The notes beneath the pieces were generated by a model. The model made no database searches, was not told the origin of the DNA, and was given only the letters and a program-made list of their open reading frames with translations. Shown in pieces: positions 1 to 14,272 of a DNA stretch of 64,000 nucleotides. How positions within the stretch are numbered: position 1 is the stretch's first letter; every line of letters starts with the position of its first letter. The DNA comes from Trichosphaerium sp. ATCC 40318 (Eukaryota > Protista > Tubulinea): NCBI GenBank assembly GCA_038496445.1, contig JALMLS010000531.1, positions 62,001 through 126,000 of the forward strand, written 5' to 3'. A program made the translations under genes and the position numbers.

Positions 1-412
1 AAAGATTGGCAAAGAGATGTGCGATACTTCATGACAGTACTTGTTAGATATCGAACATTGTCACAACCGCAAAAGTTTTGTTTGGATTCGCTACCAGAAC
101 AAGAAAATCTTGTATCTCAAGTACAAGTAATAAACTCCACGTGGGTCATAATAAAGAACGGACTGAGTTAATTTGTAGTCCAAAGTACTCTTCACCCAAA
201 CCATCTGCTTTTCAACAACTTTGCCAGTCTTTATGTGGTTTTGTAAATTACGCTACCGCACATGTTTACGAGTTCCTTTTCTAAGTGTTTGTTGTCAACA
301 GGATATTATTACAAAGGCAAAAAAGGGTACTAACAAGGCACCTTAATTTTGTGCGCGTGTACCAGAGTAACGCGATTTTCTTTTCTTGTTGACCACAATT
401 ATGAACTTCTCA

Positions 413-586
413 GGTATTAAGACGCTAAAGGGTGTTCATCATATCCGCCTAGGAAGTACCTCAGAATCAGAAAATGGTATAAAAGCAATAACAGGTGTTA
501 AATATAACATTAGCCACTGCAATAAGGCATTAAATCGCTCAAAAAAGGAGCTTGTGCCATCATACTTTTTGGATTTGAACAAATAA
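413..586 (+). pseudogene. Degenerate fragment (or last exon) of the 22-aa LRR family also found at 23.8-25.5 kb and 45.9-47.2 kb
   Basis: GIKTLKGVHHIRLGSTSESENGIKAITGV aligns with GIKTLNGVHKIDLTDTSVSDEGIKALKNV of the 46-kb protein. Only about 1.5 repeats are present before the stop. Confidence 0.5.
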
Positions 587-828
587 GTTATGAAGCTATC
601 CTATCGCCGAAATCATCTGGCATTACAGTATAGTACTAAATGCTATTTCCATTGAATTTAACCTCTGTTCAAAAAGGTCAGCCGGATTCTCCAACATTGA
701 CTGAACGTATTATAAAATTCAAGGGTCGGGCTGCCACTTACCCTTGTATAGTGTTTTAAATTTAGAAATGAGGTTAATACGGTACTCACGTGTCATAATC
801 AGTATTTTTAAGCTTACTCTTTTTCTAG

Positions 829-1941
829 TGCGTACAAAAGAAGACAGAATGACCCGAAGAAAGCTTTTGTATGTGGATCAAACGACAAAGAAACAAAAAA
901 CTTACAAGAGGTGCGTTGATGTCCTACACCGCTGAAAACTACTCTTTTATACCAACACGTTTTATATTCTAACAACTGTCGCTTTTTGTTGACACTCACG
1001 TGATAACTTTCAGCTCTATGAAAAATATAGATACATTATCCAAGAACAACCTACAAACGAATGTGACCTTATTGTACTCATTTATACTGCTCAACAGAAT
1101 CGATCTGCTTTATTTTTTACTCCTGGAGATGGTTGTTTTAATAGACACAAGGACACACTTGAAAAATTCTTTGAAGAAAACGGTACGTCCAGTTTTGAGT
1201 ACCAGGTGTTGCTTACAGTCTTGATTCTCTTTGCAGGAAGTAATGAGCACAACAGTAAACAACAATGTATTTTCGTTCTTATGCCAAAAACAAAGAAACA
1301 AGAAGAGGCATGGAATCATGATTTCATTTCTAATCTAAACGAGTACGTAAAAGCCAACCGCTGCCAGCAACAAAACTGGACATTGAACAATTTCTAGACC
1401 TTTGCTTAAGAAGTTTCATGTTCAAGTAGGCACTCTATCAGACTACCGTAGAATGCATAATGGTGGATTTCCAGACTGCCTAGAAATGGAGATAGAGAAG
1501 AAACCACCAACAAGAAGCACAACCAAACCTCAAATGAACAATACAAGTCACCAAGCTGTGGTGATATTGCCAAGAAACGAAAGCCAACAACAACAAAAAC
1601 CAAAAACGAAGTCAAAGAAAATGATAGTTTTCCTTGGCACTGAAGAAGCACTCTCATCATTAGAAAAGAGACACAGTCGTTATAAATTTCGCTTAAAAGA
1701 TGACATTTCTTTTTTAAGGACAACAAAAGACTTCAAGCGAATAAAATGTAGCGCTGAAAAAGTCTACGTTTGTGTTGATTCAAACATGTGGGATCCCTTC
1801 CGTAAACACATGCAGAAAATCCAGCAAACACAGGCTTGTTTCTTATCTGCTAATGCATCTACAAAAAGATTATGTGACGGATTATCTTGTGGTCCAGCTG
1901 ACACTGAGTATGTACCTACACTGACACAGTTGTTTTGTTAA
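829..1941 (+). CDS. Hypothetical multi-exon protein (5' end not resolved)
   Basis: Successive exons join in frame across GT-AG introns into the 1402-1941 ORF. No motif recognised. Confidence 0.45.
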
Positions 1942-2102
1942 AAACTTGTCTAGAATGCCAAACTATTTTGCAAGTTTTTGTTCTCTAGCATGCACCTTAA
2001 AATGGGCACGAAAAACAAACTATCTTCCGAAGCCAACAGAGGCACGTGATCTAATTTTTACCAGTACTTCAACTTACAATCCCGCAGGTTGACTCTGTCA
2101 CC

Positions 2103-2648
2103 TTGTCGAACGGTGAAGATGTATCCAAAGAAAGAACAGAAGACAAAGCTGGCAAAAAACTACAAACACAAAATGAGGTTGGAATCTCATTCAAGTGTAT
2201 GTATAAAGAAACTCCAAATTCATCAAGCAAACCTACGACCAATCTTGAAGATATAAAAATAGTTGACAGTTTCGATAAAGAACGTGATCAACTGTACGTT
2301 ACCAAACCTCCTTTCTCTAATTTAATGAGCAAAACACCAGTTTTTATTAACATCGTTGGTAGAGAAGTGGAGTTCGATCAGCTAAAAAAGTGTATTGATT
2401 TTGACAAAGCACTTGAGAAGGCGGCTTCTTTATGCTTCAAGGACTCAAAGGAAGCTTACAAAGAGTTGACAACTAACCCGATGAATGGTAATACGGACAA
2501 GCCAAATGCAAGTTCTACGAATGAGCATAGATACATGTATTATTTTAGCTCAAACATGGAGCCAGCGTTTGATGTGAGCTTAAAACGGGTCAAGTATTTG
2601 GAATGGCATAATTGTGTGTTTACCGTCGTCATTAAGAAGGTAAACTAG
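2103..2648 (+). CDS. Hypothetical protein
   Basis: 181-aa open frame in AT-rich DNA; start codon uncertain. Confidence 0.4.
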   Translation: MSNGEDVSKERTEDKAGKKLQTQNEVGISFKCMYKETPNSSSKPTTNLEDIKIVDSFDKERDQLYVTKPPFSNLMSKTPVFINIVGREVEFDQLKKCIDFDKALEKAASLCFKDSKEAYKELTTNPMNGNTDKPNASSTNEHRYMYYFSSNMEPAFDVSLKRVKYLEWHNCVFTVVIKKVN

Positions 2649-2757
2649 AGGTATCTTCGGTTAGCTCCAATAAAGATTAGAACAGATTTACACTAATCTC
2701 AAGCACGTGATTTGGCTAACTTATTTACAATAAGTTCAGTAAACAAATTTGCCAGCC

Positions 2758-3978
2758 ATGTCAACCAAGGCAACGGATAAGCGCTTCAACATACTTGTAA
2801 TTGGTCTACAGCACAGCGGTAAATCTTCTTACACAAACACGCTAGACCATGTTCTTACAGGAACTAAATATGAACAATGCGAAACAGGACGAACGGTAGC
2901 GTCTGGAACAGTGGAATATTTTGCTGCTGAAGTACGCTTTTTTAAACTGCCAATACTTTTAGGAACTACAAAATTTTTTTCTTTTATGCCTGTTGGTATT
3001 ATCGAATCACGTGTTGTTTTAGAGCCTCAAAAGGGTTTTTATTTTTATTTGCTTTCCGCAACACAAACTCGTTGGGAACAAAAAGTGCACACCACAGGCG
3101 CTCGCCTGGTTAGAACCAAACATTGGCGGTCGTTTAAATTAATATCTGCTGTAGATAAAGCGAAGAGATGGTAACCCGTTACTCGAAGCGACAGCACATA
3201 CAGACATGGTGGAGATGATACGAGCATTCGACGCTCAAGGTCTCGACATGGAGTCCGGCTTTACTAACGAAACTCGATTGATAATCAGTAGACAATTAGC
3301 TGGATGCAAGGAAGTAAGTTTCTCCTTAATGTTATAATGTTTTGTTACTTACAAAAACCCAAAGGGTTTAGAGCTGTGTGATCTCAAAGCAGACCATATC
3401 ACAGAAGTTTCAGCAAATTTTATTCATATCCCTATTGTAATCATAAGCGCAGTTGATATACTGGTAGTAACGTACGACGGATAAATTGTTTTGACTTTAA
3501 GTTTTCTGATACTTACCCATAACAGCGGAAAAAGAATCACCCCTGCGTGCCCACCATACCTACTGGCATTAAACGAATTCTTGTATGAAAAAAGAGGTAA
3601 AAATAACCCAAAAAACACAGCCTTACAAAAAACCCTTTGCTCATCACGTGCTACGTAGGGTTTTATCCTCCAGTTGTCGTTACGAACATGGATAGAATTG
3701 AAGAGATAGCAAACGATGTAGATAGTACTAGAATAATTAAAGCCTACGCAAAAACGCCGAAGATGCTCGAAAAGTTAATCGAACAACTAAAAGAGACAAT
3801 CAAATCAGTTTGCCATAACTCTACAATTACCTATCTATCGTGTTGGTCTCAAGCAAAAACAGACAACCCTACAACATATCAACATTCTAGCAAAGTTGTT
3901 GATATTGTAAAGAAAGCAACAAGCGTTTGTGTTCGAGTTGGTAGACATAGGCTAAAGCACAAGCATTCAACAAAATAA
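2758..3978 (+). CDS. IFI44-like P-loop GTPase, multi-exon
   Basis: P-loop NILVIGLQHSGKSSYTNTL, Walker B-like RAFDAQGL, IHIPIVIISAVD and PVVVTNMD. Motif order and spacing resemble IFI44/IFI44L (judged from memory). Confidence 0.6.
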
Positions 3979-4425
3979 TTCACTCCAATAAATAGCTTTA
4001 CATTTTACACCTCCTTCCGGTTATATAGTCATAGGTTAAAGTCATGAAATCTGCAATGTACCTAGACTGACCAAGCAGAGGTACTACAACTTGTACACTC
4101 GTGTTGTACTAGAGTGAGTGACATGATATACATGAGAACAATACTTAGAATACTAAATCCGAGAGTCTTTCGGCGTATTTCAGTCTGAATACGCTCTTTT
4201 TTTCTGTAAATACACAGTAAAAGGGCACGTGCAGTACTTGATAGTTCTATCTATAGCGTCTATATTGTGAACTGTTTAGTATAAAAGCGAACACAGGAGT
4301 TGTAACTGATTTGCTGCAAATAAATTGCCAGATAACGCGTAAGACTGCACCAGTCAAATGTGGTCGCAATAGAAAGAATCGAACTTTTGTTCAATAAAAA
4401 TTTTGTGTAAAAGACCGCGCTCCGC

Positions 4426-5745
4426 ATGGGACAAAAATGGACTACACACCACAAGGACTTTAATGTAACGTTTGCAGAATATGCTGTTTGTGGTAAAAGG
4501 TAAAGTGACAAATATTTTACCCAATAACCCTCACAGTAATAAGGACGTCCATGGAGGACGCGTCCAAAATATTCTTGCAGTTTGAAAAACAAGTTGGTAA
4601 AGCGAAAGATGCAAAAACTATACCTGAAGATAGCTACGGCTCATTCTTCGCGGTTTTTGATGGCCATTCTGGGCGTAAGTGCTCAAATTACATCGCCAAA
4701 ACAATACCCAAGTACGAGTCCCTCTACAACCCTAATATCATATAAACAGCGTAACTTACGCTTAAAAAAAACGGTTCATAGCAAACAAGCGGTAATCAGA
4801 CTAAATTACCTCTAGAATCATTCTAAAGGATGAAAACTACCCGTCAGATATTCCTAAAGCTTTGACAAACGCGTTTCACAAAGCTGATAGGTACACTGAC
4901 TTTTTCTCCACTGGGCACTAACAACAATTGCCAAAGGCGATTTTTGGAGCTTGCTAAACGAACAAAACTACCGGACGGTTCTACAGGCATATGCGTGATT
5001 ATAAAGGGTATGTAAACGCCTAACGACGTTCTAATTAGAAGTTGAATTTGGAAATAATTGATTGACTGTTTTTTTTTATTAGGTAACAAAATATATGCCG
5101 CTAACGCTGGTGATTCACGTGGTGTAATGTCAGAAGGTACGTTACGTTCACACATTGTTGAAGTATTTTCTTTTTCTGTTTTTTTGTTTTGAATATCGAA
5201 ATCACGCGTGTATGACGTTTATGATTTGTAGGTGGTAAAGCTGTACCTCTTAGTGAAGATCATAAGCCAGATAATGAAGATGAGCGCTTGCGTATCGAAA
5301 AGGCAGGTGGTACAGTCAAAAATGGAAGGATTAAAGGTATGCAACAACAAAGAATGTATTGAGCAGCTTCCATTGTTTTTGTTTTTTTGATTTAGTGCGT
5401 TATTAACGCACAACAGGTAAATTGGCTGTCTCTCGTGGTTTTGGTGATCTTCCTTATAAAGATAGAGAGACACTTGGCCCTCTTTATGTCACATGTGATC
5501 CAGATATTCGTGAGTTTACAGTGACACCTAAAACAGAATTTATTATTTTGGCTTGTGATGGTCTCTGGGATTGTATTGAAAATCAAGACGCTATCGATTT
5601 TGTACGCACGCGATTGAATTCTGCTATGAATGAGAAAGATCTATACATGTTGACTATTGAGCTGGTAAATAAGGCTTTCCAAGATGGAAGCACGGATAAC
5701 ATTAGCGCGTTGATTATTGTATTTTCGCACCATGGCGCGCCATAA
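4426..5745 (+). CDS. Protein phosphatase 2C (PPM family), multi-exon
   Basis: RTSMEDA, FFAVFDGHSG, YAANAGDSRG, EDHKP, LAVSRGFGD, FIILACDGLWD, GSTDNIS. Confidence 0.95.
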
Positions 5746-5852
5746 CCATGGATTGTAATTGTAGTTTTGATGAATAAATAAAAGAAAAAAAGATACGGCA
5801 GAAAAAGTCAACTTTTGGTCGTTTTTTGTTGTCTTTAATTTGTGCTGGTGCA

Positions 5853-7407
5853 ATGCTTCTCTTACGAGCGCGAGGTGCGCAAACAGCTGTTACGCTGTCG
5901 AAAGTAGCTGTATCTGTGCCATCTGCAAACAAGCACATTACAAACAGGCCCAAGAAAAACAAGATCGTACCAATACGGCGTAAACCTACAATCAGTTACA
6001 GCGTAGATACAGATGAGAACGAAGTCATACTGCCAGACAGTATACCTGGCTATACGCCTGGCGATATGAAAAAGCTACGCGTGTTTGTAAGCGAACGGTA
6101 AGTTTATAAGCACCTGGAGCTCAATAATAATATTTTGCAGTCTAAAAGGCGTTTCTTCATTGGATTTAACCACGAGAGCCTCAGAAGTAATTAAAGAGGC
6201 GAAGAATCTCAAGTTTATCGAAGATCGTGGTAAAAGACGCCAAAAATCACGTATGCTACGCGCAAAAAGAATGAAGAAGCGTACATACACTAGGGCACGC
6301 ATTTTTATTTAGTTTTCAAAAAAAAGTGATCAAAAGTCGCGACAAACGACTGTAAATCGATGACGCCTGCTATTTAAATACTTCAACATCAAAAGCAACA
6401 AAGTGTCTAACTAAACGAAGGCACTTGCCAGTAAATACAATTGGCACATGCACGAAGATCTTAAAGAGAATAGAGTATTGCGTGAACGCGCCAGAACAGC
6501 ACGCGAAGAACATAACGAAGATTTCTCATTGACAGCCTTTTTGCGCTTGTACAGACGCCGTAAACAACAAGACTACGACATAGTAGAGGTAAACCATTGT
6601 TTTGCGCTTGTTCACTTGGTCGTTTCAAGTACGTTCTAATGCAATGCAGGATGATGAAAAGTACTACCATACGCTTATGAAGACTATGGAGGACAACTTA
6701 AAGAAAGGCAAGCCTCACAGAGAATTTTTTCTTTAAATTGAAGACATTAACGCGATTCTTAGGTCCACCACGTTTAAACGCTCCTAAAAGAGAGAATCCT
6801 AGCTTCGAAAGACGTTACAATACTGAAATATGGCAACCTTACTTTTACGAGCTTAGAAGGAAGGCTCTCGCTACCTATCTTGTAAAACAACGCGAAGAGT
6901 ATATTGCTCTCAGAAACTACGATGAATGGGCGCAACAAAATAGAATTGAAAAGTACGAAAAACCGCAACAATTAATTTCATTCAAATATGTTTGTCTATA
7001 CCGCGTTTTCTTATTTCTTTAGAGCCTTATACAAAGCACGCGTGCACGAGATGAAAATGAAGTATTGGAATGAACAATTAGGCCAATACTATGCCGAGAG
7101 AACCAAATTGAAGATGCTCAAAAATGAGTACCGTCTTGCCCAAGAAGAGACTTTGTCAAAGGTATGTTGTAGAGAATTGTTTGTAAATATTTACGCGCCA
7201 TAAAATAGTCGAGAGGTGAGTTTTTACGCGCTATGCAAGAAGATATCAATGACTGGAAGAAAACACCAGATGAGGCCAAATACATGCGATTTCATTTCGC
7301 TGATGTACGTCAGGAGACAACTAGATATTATTTATTGGTATTATTTACTCACGGTGTTTTAATAGGGAAACAGCGCATTTCCTTACAGAAATACGCCTTA
7401 CGCTTAA
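5853..7407 (+). CDS. Coiled-coil, probably mitochondrial protein (possibly mitoribosomal mS26-like), multi-exon
   Basis: Arg-rich, acid-free N-terminus resembling a presequence; charged helical body. Exons join in frame, including across a GC-AG intron at 6708-6762. Family assignment is tentative. Confidence 0.45.
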
Positions 7408-7845
7408 AATTTATTGCAAGCTTGCCTTGGGTTATTCCTTGTTTATTATTTTGAACCAATCTCGTCTATGCTATCTCTTGGCCTTTCCTCGGATAAAGCT
7501 CCTTTCTTGTAGTACTAAAATAAAAAGTCAGTGTACTAATCTCTTTGACTCAGGTTATTCTGTTGTAAATCTAGCAAACGGTTTTGGCATTAGACTTGCA
7601 CCTTTTAGGCTTCAGTTTACCATAGTTTGCTATGAATACTGAACTCTACAGCTTAATATCTAACTTTGCGTATAACGCAGAAGTGTCATTCAATGTTTAG
7701 CAAGAAATGCGAAGCTGTTATTCTTGTTAGTGGACAGTCGTAAACGCTGAGATGGGCGAATTGGACATGTGTATTTGTTACAAAGGCTTTCTTAAACGTG
7801 AAAGGAATAGTAGGAAGCAAAGTTTTTAGCTACATGAGAATGCTA

Positions 7846-8292
7846 TTGTAAGCGACTGTTCCAGAGATTTTCTACTTCTTCGAGCCATTCTTCAGAGATA
7901 TCAAAAAGATCATGTTGGCGAGTAGCCGCCATTTCTGTTTCGTTTGCTTCAAAGTATTAGTGCTTTCTCTATGACTACTACATACCGACGCCTTTGATAC
8001 TACCAAAACGCATAAATTCTAAAGACACAGAATTCTCGCTTATAGGATAACATCCCTCGGAAATCATCTCTTGTAACGGTTTGTTGTGCTCGTCAGCCCA
8101 TTTAACTTGACATGTTTTGTTTAATTCAGTGCGTTGGCGGTGAATTTGATATAGAGCCTTTAGGTCTCGTTGTGCACTAGAGCGTTGTAATACTCTCCCA
8201 GTTCTTAGCTTATCCCCCTTCCTTTGTACACTCCCTTTACGTTGATTTGAACCTACATAACCGCGAAAGAAGCTAACAACAGAATCAAGCAT
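7846..8292 (-). CDS. Small two-exon hypothetical protein with an RVxF-like KTCQVKWAD motif
   Basis: ORF 7978-8298 splices (G|gtatgt...tttgaag|CA) to ANETEMAATRQHDLFDISEEWLEEVENLWNSRLQ*. Confidence 0.5.
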
Positions 8293-9511
8293 TCTCAACT
8301 GCGTCGGCTAAGTTGTTGTAGCTGTTGGTCAAAATGATATCAGTCAGCGCTTTTAATTTCACGTGTATTTTTAGCGTGGGTCTTTGAGTAAGCTACATGC
8401 ATATATAAAGTAGTATGAGTATTCATGGCGATGTATAATACCGACGAACTATGAACAGTTATGTCGTTCGAAAAGTACATTAAAACAACAGTGCAATCTA
8501 CAAACTTGAAAGGCCATTGGACACTTGAAAGATACTTTTACCTGCTTTTATAGCATTGAATTGTTTATGAGTAATCACCAAACTCTTTTAGAGCTCATGA
8601 ACGAGGTCACGGACGCGCCCAGAACACGGTAAGACCTTTTTGAACACTTTGCTTCGCTAACTCCTCTGTACCCATCCGAGATACGTTGTGTCATTACCTA
8701 CGAACAAATAGAGCTGTAAGTTACGTAGGTACTTTCACCGGATTGATACTTTCTTTTTGCATCTCGAACTGATCATCTACAATGTCTCAGGAAATACTCG
8801 TATGGAAGTACTAACGCCATAGCGTTTTCTTGCTCTGTTAAACAACAGCAAACCAATTCCGAAATTTCAGCGATTTCATTGTCTAAAACGAATTCACAAA
8901 CGCTCTTTAGTAGCATGGAGAACATTGTAAGGTGAGTTACAAAGAGCAAGGGTAAGTTTCAAGACAATCAGGCTATCCGAATACTGCAATACTCCGGACT
9001 TTAAATGCGTTTTCGACTGCCCTGTATCAGTCTCAAAACGCTCCCAAAGTCTTTAATACCGTTTGGTAGCTATGTGATCGTTTTTTAAGCAAAATATGGA
9101 ATACCTACAATTTACTGTTGATCAAAATATACCAACAATAAAAGCATTTTCGCTTTTTTTGCTAGTGGGGAACATGGGTAAAGCATTACTTAATTCCACA
9201 ACCGCCAGCAGTACGGCATTCCTGCTAGTAGAAGGCTTGCGTTACAAAACCTACTACCGGAAAACGGACCTCAAGTACCGACATTCCGTTGCAAGTGATG
9301 ATCCCTCTTCTTTTTTTTTTAGTACCTATTTTTATCACCAACTGAGCGTGAGCGACGTTTGATACACGTTGTAGTACGTGTCCTGTTACAGCAGATTTCA
9401 AACTGTACAATGTTGCGTCAAAGGCAATACAAACAATAGATTTCTTCAAAAAGGATGACTTGAACAAAACACAATAAGTCAAGTACATCGTACTATTTTT
9501 AACTGAGACAA

Positions 9512-10444
9512 ATGGAAACACTACCTACCTTGTTGGTATTGTTGTTGGCCTTTGCGTTGTTACACTGTACGTTACTATCATTAATCTCATAATTTAATGT
9601 ACCCTCCTAGTTACGACTGCCAACAACGCTGTTAGCGTAACAGGGTCTAATATGCATTATTTCGAGGGTTTAATATTTGAGGTTCCTGGACAGCATGAGT
9701 TTGCTTACGCATTCTCACACGATGGAGACACAATAGTTTATAACGTGGGTAAAATTAAAAATCCTAACCTGGGTGCGCGTCGTTTTATTTTCGTACAAAC
9801 AAAAAACACGTGATGCTACAACCAAACGACACCAAAAAAAGTGACATCCTGGATTGCTCTTTGTTTTTTTTCCGTTCGTCGGCTAAGACTATTATCAGCT
9901 CAAGAAGCTGTTACTTCAACATTCGTTAATGTGTATAAAATACTATGCAAGCAAACCGAAGGATGCTCTGACGGTACAAAAAGACGGAGGGCTGGTTTTT
10001 TTTGATTCTTTTTTCGCTGAATATTATGATTTAGAGTTTACAGTTACTGTCGCCAACGAAACGTTCAACGGATACATAAGTATTCATAAACGCGACAAAC
10101 CTGGCTGTGATGATTTCCCAGATACTGTATGTACAACACCATGTTGCGCTGACCATGATCATTGCTATCACATAAACAAGTGCACTTTTAAGAGTTGGAT
10201 GAACCCATACGCTTCCAAAGAATGCAAAGCGTACGTCTTAACCATAAACAAACATATTATATCAAAACTTATAAATTAATACTCGTGGTTTTGTAGATGC
10301 AACGACGCTGTTGTTAGTTGTATGAACTCAAATATGTTTTGTTGTTCTTCAACTTTCAAAGGATACGCACCTTGTGGTTGTGAAACACATAGATGCTACA
10401 GTCGCGAAACTGGATTCTATTGTGGTAAACCAACATGTTTGTGA
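9512..10444 (+). CDS. Secreted phospholipase A2-like protein, multi-exon
   Basis: Signal peptide METLPTLLVLLLAFALL; catalytic motif CCADHDHCY (CCxxHDxCY); Cys-rich C-terminus. Confidence 0.8.
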
Positions 10445-10660
10445 TCACAAAAAGGTTTCGAAGACGTACTCGTGAAGAACCAAAATTAAACTGAACACGA
10501 TGTTTAGTCCTTCCTTTGACATTGTAGTTATTGTCTTGGTTAATATACTGTCTATGAAAAACGTAGGTGTAGATGTCTAATTCTATGAGAGGTTACAAAC
10601 CAGTAGTCGGTTAAGTCAGTAGGTGTTGAATGAATTCATTTGTTGCTTTATTTGTTTTCC

Positions 10661-11818
10661 TTAGTCATCATCACTTTGGTTTTTTTGATTTTTTTTAGTT
10701 AACCACATTCGTGTCCTTAGTAGATGTTCTTTGAATGTATTCATATCCAAGAATGAAGAAAGCTTTTCTATAGCATCTTCATCAATAACGCCATCTTCAA
10801 AATTATCTTCTTCTTCTTCAATCAGTGACATCTCTTCAGAAGAAACAAAAGTAACATCGCCTTTTGAAGTAAAAGACTTTAACTTTTGTCCACCACTTAT
10901 ACTTGACCAATGACAATATGATCTATAAGCAAACCAATATAAAGGAAAGTTCGGTATTACAGGTACAATAAAGAAAGGTAAAAAAATAGGCATACATCCG
11001 AGGTTGACGTAAAACCAGAACCAATGTTTTTTTAAACGTGCTGATACAATACTATCCAAATCTTTTAATGTTTTTTTGTTATCCCATCTTGAAGGTAGAA
11101 CTATACTAACTGATTCTGTTGTTGTAGATATATTAGATAACACAGATTCCATAGGGTCTATTTTTGCCATTTGTTCTTGTGCTTTCTTTGAAGACAGTTA
11201 GCAAAAAAGCGCAAAAAACTATGTACTGTTTTATAACTTTTTACGTTTTCGCTCTCTTTCACTCCACAGAATCAGTTATTGCAATTGCAAATACTTGCCG
11301 TGGAGTCATAAAAAACGTGAGATGATTTGAATTTAATTATTGTCACGTGACATAGGTTGCAACAAAAAAAGACTGAGACATTTTTATGTACCCTATAAGC
11401 ATAACCTATCCACGAATCTGGTTTTGCTTTGCGCATGTTTTCCCATTGCTCGGTTGCCAAATCCAAACCTTTGTATAGCAGTTTTCTAAAGCGTACCAAT
11501 GTTAGTATAGCTTTTATTTCATAGGTGAGCCGTATAATATTCGGATTTGAGCTGCGTTGGATGAAGAAACAGCGGAGAAAATTAAAATATTGTAAAAAGC
11601 AGTTTTTACGCATAGTATACGCGCCTGTAATCTAGCAGGGATAGTTTTGATACATCTAAACGTGGAGGTAATACACTTGCCGTATGTATCACCCACGATT
11701 GTTTAGGCTTTATATTTGGCTTTTTTACTATCGGAAATACTACGACGGATGTTGTGTGGTGCTTGTCGATTAACTCCAGCTTTTTAGGCGTAGAAAGTAG
11801 TCTGGTTGTAAGCCTCAT
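10661..11818 (-). CDS. Mitochondrial K+/H+ exchange-related protein (Mit_KHE1 / yeast YDL183C family)
   Basis: Presequence-like MRLTTRLLS; signature HWFWFY...PFFIVPVIPNFPLYWFAYRSYCHW. Confidence 0.75.
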
Positions 11819-12065
11819 CAGTATATCGTACGTAGTGGAGCTAGGAGACCAAAAGACACAAACGCGCTGAACTTAGCTTGGCTTAGCCAAAAGCATAGTT
11901 AAGCCATTCATTTCTCATTGAGTCGTGTCACAATGTGTCAAAAGTTTATATGCAATAAGCTCAAGAATTCAAGACTGACAATTATATATCGATACTTTAG
12001 CTCAAGTTTAAAGTAAACATAGTCATGTAGTTTAAAATTACAGTTAATTGTTTTTTGGGAGAAAG

Positions 12066-13643
<1,578 letters not shown>

Positions 13644-13898
13644 TGGTGTTGCAATGTCGTTATTGAATATTTCGTATTTGGTAGGCAAAAATCACGAAAT
13701 GTGTCATTCGCAAAAAAAACGTTGGTTGTCATTTTGACCTTAAATGACACATGTCTAATACCCCTTGGTGTACTGTTTATTAAGAACATAACAGGTTCGG
13801 TTACCCTTTGTTTAAAATTTCTAGAACTAACTTTTTGAGTCTGCTGAGTCCAAAAACAAGAGGTGTTTTGTATTGTACAGATTGTGTAGACTAATGTA

Positions 13899-14150
13899 TT
13901 ATTCCAGCTCGGCGTATGGATTTTTCGATGTACATAGAAGAAAGAGTAGCGCCAATATTAATGCAATGACTGTAACGCCCAATAGACTCCCTACGGCTAT
14001 ACCGACAATATTTGACACTGCCATACCTGGAGATGGTGTAGGAGCTGTACTATTCGTTGTTGTGTTTGTGGTAGGCGCCAGTGTTGCCGCAAATGCCATA
14101 CTCAACATACATAAAAAAACTGTACGCGTAATATTACTTCTAGATGCCAT
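13899..14150 (-). CDS. Small single-pass membrane protein with Thr/Pro-rich ectodomain
   Basis: Signal-like N-terminus, TTNTTTNSTAPTP linker, TM IVGIAVGSLLGVTVIALILALLFLLC, cytosolic NPYAEL. Confidence 0.65.
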   Translation of the reverse strand: MASRSNITRTVFLCMLSMAFAATLAPTTNTTTNSTAPTPSPGMAVSNIVGIAVGSLLGVTVIALILALLFLLCTSKNPYAELE

Positions 14151-14272
14151 AGAATAAATATTCATTTGTATCACCGGCGTCGAGCGTGACGTGAATGAAT
14201 TTTGATGTGCCGCACAAAAAGTTACATTTCCTTAATCTGTTAATCGCACTTAAACCTTTCGGAAAAGTGTAA

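Noticed and set aside
8550-9200. Possible small minus-strand multi-exon gene
   Set aside because: Exon-like fragments exist, but no consistent model or recognisable motif could be built.
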